A stretch of DNA of 64,000 nt from Spirochaetia bacterium (GTDB taxonomy: Bacteria > Spirochaetota > Spirochaetia > DSM-2461): positions 512,001 through 576,000 of the forward strand of contig CAXXIA010000001.1 of the NCBI GenBank assembly GCA_963666985.2, in the 5' to 3' direction. The notes beneath the pieces are model-generated. The model saw only the letters and a list, made by a program, of their open reading frames with translations, had not been told where the DNA came from and ran no database searches. Position 1 is the first letter of the stretch. Each line of letters begins with the position of its first letter. Of this stretch, positions 58,367-64,000 are shown one piece after another. The translations under genes and the position numbers were made by a program.

Positions 58367-60171
58367 GGAAACATACTGAACGAGAGTGTAACGATTTGAT
58401 TTAAAGTGGTTTCATAATTCGCATCTTCATAGATTTTGAAACCCGAATCCGGATAATAAGTGTAATACGACCAAACCAAGTCGAAATCGAGTCCCAGAGA
58501 AAAGGGGATTTTCCCGAAATTACCATACCAAAGCGCGCCGACTCCCCATATATGCTGCCATTCGTAAGCGCCGTCCTTGAGGAAATCTTTTTTATAGAGA
58601 GGATCTTCACTCCAACTGGAATAGGCTCCATTATATTCATAATAGTCGATGTAGTCGTAGTAGCTGCTGCCGTCCACTTCATAAGGTCCCGTCGTGGCAC
58701 CGTGACGAACCATGCGGTATGTGAAGGTCGTTGTCAGTTTGTTTACCGGCATCGTGCTGATTTCAAGGCGGAGTTCGTCCGAGTTGGGCGGCTGGTAGAA
58801 ACCCAGAGGTTCGCCGTTGTTCAGATAATAGACTTCCATGGTGTAATCGTCGCTGTATGTCGGGGTGTTCACCGGGGGATGGGTGTAGCAGTATGGTTCG
58901 ATTTTCGTATACTGCAGCATGATTTCCCCGCGGCTGAAAATGGGTACGGGAATGCTTGTTCCGACTTGGTAGGCATACATATTTCTATCGAGCTTAAAAA
59001 AACCGTCGGAAAGCAGATCCATCTCGTCGATGTAAAGACTTGCCCAGGCTTGCCCATACCCCGGGGCCAGAAAGGCTACGGAACCTCCGAGCATCATATT
59101 GTCGAAATCACCCACCACTTCCTGTCCGAAGAACTTGGACTGGAACGGGTAAATGTAATCGAGTTCGTAGCGTTTCGGCCAGACAACGGCGTCGAAGATA
59201 CTCACATAGAAGCGTTCGTTCGGCATAATTTCCAGCTGTATGATGGAATAAGCGTTCTGTTCGACCTCGGCCGCATCTTTCGCACGGCTGTAGACCGGTG
59301 TATCATCGCCGGCACTTCCTCCGCTTCCCGGAAGAGGGTAGCGGCCGTCTTCGTTCCAGATGCCGATACCGTAATCCAGAGAGCCGGTTAAGGCGGAGAA
59401 GCCGAACCACTGCCAGGGATGGAAGGTTAATTCAAAGGCGGAAAAGGGGCGGGCCGTGCCTGAAAAATAAAGATTCCCCGAACCGAAACTTCCCCAATCG
59501 TGCCGAATCCTTCCAAATCTGGCCCAGAACCTGTCGTCCCAAGCCGAAAGGGCCATTTCGCTTTGAATCTCCAGCCCTCCGGATGCTTCGGAAGGGAATC
59601 CGTATAATTCATACCCGATTAAGTTATATGGAGCTCCGTCCCAGCATTTGGTATACGTATAAGGTTCAAAACTGTCGAATCCGTTCACCAGCGAAACAAT
59701 ACCGGCGCTGACCTGTACCTCGTAAGAGATGGGACCGGGGACATCTCCCATCAGGTAGAGTTTGAAGAATGTCAAATCACTGAAGGAAATATCGTCTGAA
59801 ATTCCAATGCCCGTTTGATTCTCCCAGCCGACTCCTATTTTCGCAGGAAAAATGTCGCTCGGCACATCGACGGCTCCTTCTTCAAGCAAACTTTTATCAA
59901 CCGATTTGTCGAGCCTGTCCATCAGAAAGGTCAGATATTCTCTGTCGGTAACGCTTATGGGTACGTTCCGATCCTGAATCGAATGAAGAATGGAGAGAAC
60001 CTTGCTTCTGGGCCATGGTCGAACCATCACGTCTCTTCGAATAACGCCTTTAAGAATCATGTCGTCGATAAAGTCATAAACCGGATCATCGACGGGTACG
60101 GATGTATAAGTTTGGGCCCAGGAGGCCGCCGCGATGAAAAGGACCACAAGAACAAATACGATTTTTTTCAT
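58363..60171 (-). CDS. Wzi-like outer-membrane beta-barrel protein
   Basis: Signal peptide, SVPVDDPVYDFI...RPW N-terminus, GRIRHDWG...NLYFSGTARPF, DNMMLG, aromatic alternating strands and a C-terminal beta-signal-like VTLSFSMFP. Confidence 0.65.
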   Translation of the reverse strand: MKKIVFVLVVLFIAAASWAQTYTSVPVDDPVYDFIDDMILKGVIRRDVMVRPWPRSKVLSILHSIQDRNVPISVTDREYLTFLMDRLDKSVDKSLLEEGAVDVPSDIFPAKIGVGWENQTGIGISDDISFSDLTFFKLYLMGDVPGPISYEVQVSAGIVSLVNGFDSFEPYTYTKCWDGAPYNLIGYELYGFPSEASGGLEIQSEMALSAWDDRFWARFGRIRHDWGSFGSGNLYFSGTARPFSAFELTFHPWQWFGFSALTGSLDYGIGIWNEDGRYPLPGSGGSAGDDTPVYSRAKDAAEVEQNAYSIIQLEIMPNERFYVSIFDAVVWPKRYELDYIYPFQSKFFGQEVVGDFDNMMLGGSVAFLAPGYGQAWASLYIDEMDLLSDGFFKLDRNMYAYQVGTSIPVPIFSRGEIMLQYTKIEPYCYTHPPVNTPTYSDDYTMEVYYLNNGEPLGFYQPPNSDELRLEISTMPVNKLTTTFTYRMVRHGATTGPYEVDGSSYYDYIDYYEYNGAYSSWSEDPLYKKDFLKDGAYEWQHIWGVGALWYGNFGKIPFSLGLDFDLVWSYYTYYPDSGFKIYEDANYETTLNQIVTLSFSMFP

Positions 60172-60175
60172 AAAT

Positions 60176-60934
60176 TCACTCCACTCCGAAAACTCTATTC
60201 GCGAACCAGGCTTCCAGAGCGCTGATACGGTTGTTGAACGATCCGGCGATGCCGCGCTGAGACCAGCCTATGGGCGGGAATTCTTTTAAGGCCACGGCAC
60301 AGTACATCAGGGCATCGGCTTCACGGGGAATAACGGCCATTTGCAGAAGAACTCCGCCGGCATCCGCGGTTTTTTTTGTATAGGCTTTCAGCTCCGTCAG
60401 GTTTACTGTGGTCATAAGGATGGCATCTTCGCTTTTTTCGACGCCGACCATATACCAATTGGCACCGAAAGACGTGTCCTTCTGGTATTGAACAAAATTC
60501 GCGATGGTGCCCATGGCGGGAGGCGGAAGCGGAGGTAGGGCTTCTTTGCTTCCGAGAGCTTCCACCCGGCAGCTTTTTTTAATATAAGGATACATTTTCC
60601 CCCGACCGCCCGACCAATATTCAATTCCATCGAGACTCTCAATATCGAGGAGAATCTCGGCTATGGAATCAAGTGTTTCATATTCGGCCGGCAATACAGG
60701 AAGCGTGAACAAGAATTCCACCAGGAACATCGTTTCGTGTGATTCGATGTTCCGTCGGATTTTATCGGAAAAAGAAAATTCCGGCAGCAGAGTGATATCG
60801 CCTTCGCTGTAATCCCGTACCTTTTCGGTAAAATGAGATCCTTCTTTCCGTTCTTTGCCTTCGTCTTCGGCGAAGAGAAATATGGGGAAGAGGAAGGTTA
60901 TGGCAACTGTAATAATGAGGAATTTCTTATTCAC
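60176..60934 (-). CDS. Secreted hypothetical protein (DUF6675-like, spirochaete-associated)
   Basis: GTG after GGAGG gives a signal peptide (MNKKFLIITVAITFLFPIFLFA). LDGIEYWS, QKDTSFG and SFNNRISAL..WF motifs. The family assignment is from recall. Confidence 0.65.
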   Translation of the reverse strand: MNKKFLIITVAITFLFPIFLFAEDEGKERKEGSHFTEKVRDYSEGDITLLPEFSFSDKIRRNIESHETMFLVEFLFTLPVLPAEYETLDSIAEILLDIESLDGIEYWSGGRGKMYPYIKKSCRVEALGSKEALPPLPPPAMGTIANFVQYQKDTSFGANWYMVGVEKSEDAILMTTVNLTELKAYTKKTADAGGVLLQMAVIPREADALMYCAVALKEFPPIGWSQRGIAGSFNNRISALEAWFANRVFGVE

Positions 60935-61901
60935 GGTTTTTTCCTCCATCCGCGAATTCATACTCCAGGACTTTCTCAATGGAGTCTTGGATCTCGAACG
61001 GCGGACAAAAACCCGTTCCCAGGGCTTTTTGGGCTGAAAAGCTTGATTCGCTCAAGAATTTCTTTACCCGGATTCGGCTGATGGGGAATTTCTTCCCGGT
61101 TATTTTTGCCAGGAAATCGAAGCAGGCGCCGCCGAATAAACCGAGAAACGTCGGTAGGCGCAAACCTGTTCCCGAACCTTTTCCCAGTTTGGAGCGAACC
61201 GCGCCGACCAGTTGTTTCATATCGGGAATCGGTGTGTCGACATAATTCCAGGTTCCGTTGATTTCGGGAGAGGTGATGATGTGCACAAGGAAAGATGCGA
61301 CATTTCCCACATACGCCATGGCTTTGTGGTTTCGGCCCGATCCTACGAAAAGAAAGGTTCCCGCGGCGATTTGCCTAAAAAGATTATAAACATTGCCTCT
61401 ATTCCCTTCACCGAAAACAACGGTGGGGCGAACAACGGCAAGTTTCCTTTTCCCGTCTTCGGCCGCCCAGGCGGCATACACTTCTTCCGCAAGAAGTTTT
61501 GTTCGGCCGTAATCATTGAAAGGCTTACAGCACGCCGTTTCGTCCGTATAAGGTGCGGCAAATCCGTAAACAGCGACGGAACTGGTGAATATGATACGCT
61601 TAATCCCCAAGTTTGAGACGGCGGTGCAGACATTTTTAGCGCCGGTAACGTTGACATCGTGATAGAGCGATTTCGGCGTAACGTCGTCACGGTGTTCCGC
61701 CGCCAAATTAACAACGACATCGGCTCCCCGGAGGCTCTCTTCCAACTCCTCGGCGTTCCTAACGTCCGCGACAAGAGTTTTTTGGGGGTATTCCGTGCCG
61801 ATTTTTTTGTCGATTATGATGAAATCGACGGATTGTTTTTCCAGGATACTCGCGAGACGCGTGCCGATGAATCCGGAACCGCCGATAATGGCAACCTTCA
61901 T
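60927..61901 (-). CDS. gnu: Gnu-like GlcNAc-PP-undecaprenol 4-epimerase (extended SDR)
   Basis: GGSGFIGTRL, LAAEHRDDVTPKSLYHDVNV, FTSSVAVYG, PFNDYGRTK, RPTVVFGEGNRGNVYNL, MAYVGN, RVKKF and LEYEF all match E. coli Gnu (Z3206) signature segments as recalled. Confidence 0.8.
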   Translation of the reverse strand: MKVAIIGGSGFIGTRLASILEKQSVDFIIIDKKIGTEYPQKTLVADVRNAEELEESLRGADVVVNLAAEHRDDVTPKSLYHDVNVTGAKNVCTAVSNLGIKRIIFTSSVAVYGFAAPYTDETACCKPFNDYGRTKLLAEEVYAAWAAEDGKRKLAVVRPTVVFGEGNRGNVYNLFRQIAAGTFLFVGSGRNHKAMAYVGNVASFLVHIITSPEINGTWNYVDTPIPDMKQLVGAVRSKLGKGSGTGLRLPTFLGLFGGACFDFLAKITGKKFPISRIRVKKFLSESSFSAQKALGTGFCPPFEIQDSIEKVLEYEFADGGKNRE

Positions 61902-61910
61902 GAATCCAGT

Positions 61911-62669
61911 TTACCGCCTTCCAAAGAGTTTAATCGCAATGTTCCATAGAACATAATATCCGGATTGTATCCGACCGAATCCGAGAACATCTCTGTACAG
62001 TAACCAATTATGGCGAACCAATTCAAGTTTGTTACCGGAAAGACCGGTACTGCGGACGCGGTAACGCGTTAATGCCTCGGGAATCCCTCTTCCTTCAACT
62101 CCGTCCGATAAAAGATTCAGCCAGAGAGCGTAATCCTGTCTTTTTCGAATGGAGGGAAAATATCTCTTACCGTAAAAATGCGTATCGTACATGGCTGTTG
62201 AACAGCCTACGTAATTCGTCAGCAGCTGGCGTGAGTAGGTAAGACGGTGCCTGCATTTGACGGTTCTGCCGAGATCGGAACCGTCTTCGGCGATTTTTCG
62301 ATAATCGGTGAACGTGAACGGTGTGTTTGTTTCGGTCATAAAGGCCGTCTGCCGGGCCAATTTTTCGGGTTCCCAAGCGTCGTCCGAGTCGAGAAAAGCG
62401 ATGAACTTTCCCCGAGAGGCTTTTATTCCTTCGTTTCTCGACATACCGGCACCCGAATTAATAGGAAGAGATATAAACTTGATGCGAGGTTCTCCCCGTG
62501 CCATACGGCGGATCATATCCGGCCCTTCGTCGGTTGAATCATCATCGACAATGATATATTCCCAGTCGACAAAGGATTGGGAGAGAACCGAGCGGATAGT
62601 TTCTTCTATATAAGGAGCGGCATTGTAAAGCGGCGTTACGATACTGACCAGGGGGGATTCAGTCGGCAT
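61911..62669 (-). CDS. GT2 glycosyltransferase (TuaG-like)
   Basis: LVSIVTPLYN, VDDDSTD, FLDSDDAW.PEKL, RKRQDYALW and LSGNK motifs. Confidence 0.92.
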   Translation of the reverse strand: MPTESPLVSIVTPLYNAAPYIEETIRSVLSQSFVDWEYIIVDDDSTDEGPDMIRRMARGEPRIKFISLPINSGAGMSRNEGIKASRGKFIAFLDSDDAWEPEKLARQTAFMTETNTPFTFTDYRKIAEDGSDLGRTVKCRHRLTYSRQLLTNYVGCSTAMYDTHFYGKRYFPSIRKRQDYALWLNLLSDGVEGRGIPEALTRYRVRSTGLSGNKLELVRHNWLLYRDVLGFGRIQSGYYVLWNIAIKLFGRR

Positions 62670-63630
62670 GATAATCCTTAAACCAATCGATGAATTCCCT
62701 GATGCCGTCTTCAAGATTCGTCGAGGGCGTATATCCGTAATCGTTTTTAAGCGAAGACACGTCGGCCCAGGTTCTCAGAACGTCACCCTGCTGCATGGGA
62801 AGCATAACTTTTCGGGCGGTTTTTCCCATGTATTGTTCAATAGTGTCGATAAAATCCATAAGTCGAATCGGTTTCCCTCGCCCAATGTTGTATACGGCGG
62901 ATCTGGGACGACTCTCGTCAAGAGGGCCTTTTTTTATAATGGCGGCGATACCCGCGGTTATATCGGACACATGAGTAAAATCCCGCTCCATATTTCCGTG
63001 ATTATAGACCTTGATGGGGTGTTCTTCACGGATGGCTTTTGCAAAGGAGTAATAGGCCATATCGGGACGGCCCCAGCTGCCGTAGACGGTAAAAAATCTT
63101 AAACCCGTGAAGTTCAGGCCGTAGAGTCCGGAGTAAACATCCGCCATCATTTCATTGGTTGCTTTCGTAACGGCGTAAAGGCTTTCGAACGATCTGAAAT
63201 TTTGTGATTCCCGAAACGGCACATCCGAGTTGTTTCCGTAAACGCTGGATGAAGAGGCGTAGACGCAATGCCGGATGTTCCGGATACGGACCGCTTCAAT
63301 AATATTCGTGAAACCGACGATATTGCTCTCGACGTACTGACGGGGATTCTCAATGCTGTATCGAACGCCGGCCTGAGCCGCCAAATGGACAACGGTATCC
63401 ACCGGATTCTCGAAAAGAGAGTCGACTCCGTTACGATCTGTGATATCCACAGAGCGGACGGAAATACCGAATTCCTCTTTCAGAAGACGCGCCCGTTCCC
63501 TTTTAAGTTGAGGAGAGTAGTAGTCGTTGAAGTTGTCTACGGCAAGGATTTTCAGATCGGAATCGGATTTCATGAGGGTTCTAATAAGGTGAAAGCCGAT
63601 GAAACCCGCCGCGCCTGTCACCAGAATCAT
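62659..63630 (-). CDS. UDP-glucuronate 4-epimerase
   Basis: TGAAGFIG, HLAAQAGVRYS, YASSSSVYG, YAVTK, LRFFTVYGSWGRPDMA and MQQGDV motifs. Confidence 0.92.
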   Translation of the reverse strand: MILVTGAAGFIGFHLIRTLMKSDSDLKILAVDNFNDYYSPQLKRERARLLKEEFGISVRSVDITDRNGVDSLFENPVDTVVHLAAQAGVRYSIENPRQYVESNIVGFTNIIEAVRIRNIRHCVYASSSSVYGNNSDVPFRESQNFRSFESLYAVTKATNEMMADVYSGLYGLNFTGLRFFTVYGSWGRPDMAYYSFAKAIREEHPIKVYNHGNMERDFTHVSDITAGIAAIIKKGPLDESRPRSAVYNIGRGKPIRLMDFIDTIEQYMGKTARKVMLPMQQGDVLRTWADVSSLKNDYGYTPSTNLEDGIREFIDWFKDYHAD

Positions 63631-64000
63631 GATGTTTCTCTCTTGAGCGCAATGAGTAAAGGATCGTCGACAAGATCCTTCCGTTTTTTTTGAGCAGTCT
63701 CTCTATATGAAAGTGATTTCCAATTTGTGGTAATACCGAGGAAGTGGAGGAAATAAGCGGATTCAACGGACAACGAAGGCTCTTTTCGATCGTTTGTCAG
63801 TATTCGAAGAAGCATGCTGATGAATCTGACTCGGAACGCTTTTGCATTCCTTTTTGTATTGATGTTTCGATTCCGCAGTTTCCTGAGAAAAATTATAAAA
63901 TAAGCCCAGGGGCGAAAATGTTGGGTTTGTACGTAGTGTGGCAGAAGGCCGGTCGCGGCGGATGCTTTGAAAATGTATTTGCGGGCGTAATAGCGGGGCT
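63627..64000 (-). CDS. 3' part of a CDS running off the window end
   Basis: The frame is open from 63998 to the stop at 63627 (PRYYARKYIFKASAATGLLPHY...LKRETS), and the stop overlaps the epimerase ATG (ATGA). Product unknown. Confidence 0.6.
   Translation of the reverse strand, partial: PRYYARKYIFKASAATGLLPHYVQTQHFRPWAYFIIFLRKLRNRNINTKRNAKAFRVRFISMLLRILTNDRKEPSLSVESAYFLHFLGITTNWKSLSYRETAQKKRKDLVDDPLLIALKRETS

Overview
A 64-kb bacterial chromosomal window. The GC-rich backbone is interrupted by AT-rich glycan-biosynthesis islands (about 23.9-31.7 kb and 44.1-58.4 kb). Gene content suggests a free-living Spirochaetales-type anaerobe, but this is inference only. From left to right the window holds: (1) a MocR regulator and a putative detoxification cluster (MBL hydrolase, MATE, TrmO-like, GyrI-like, AraC, GNAT); (2) a six-gene reverse-strand operon joining a CrtI/RetSat-like FAD oxidoreductase and an FNR-[2Fe-2S] reductase to fatty-acid kinase (DegV + DAK2), PlsY and PurU; (3) a stand-alone acyltransferase, a KamA radical-SAM enzyme and an SGNH hydrolase; (4) an L-arabinose operon (araB-lacI-araD-araA-araM) whose LacI carries a 45-bp tandem-repeat insertion; (5) a first glycosyltransferase/sulfotransferase island ending in an internally deleted IS30, a 270-nt structured non-coding element and tRNA-Cys; (6) a cysteine desulfurase and a GlpA-like three-gene module; (7) a UbiA-GtrA-epimerase lipid-linked pentose module; (8) cysD-cysNC (PAPS supply) plus a third sulfotransferase; (9) IS30/IS3 remnants; (10) a second glycan region with GT2/GT4 enzymes, two divergent TupA-like ATP-grasp ligases, a Wzi-like outer-membrane protein, a Gnu-like epimerase and UDP-glucuronate 4-epimerase. 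The best candidate new systems are a dispersed pathway for a sulfated GalNAc/uronic-acid surface glycan (glycosaminoglycan-like, possibly amino-acid amidated) and a redox-coupled fatty-acid salvage operon. All calls rest on motif recognition by eye; no searches were run.
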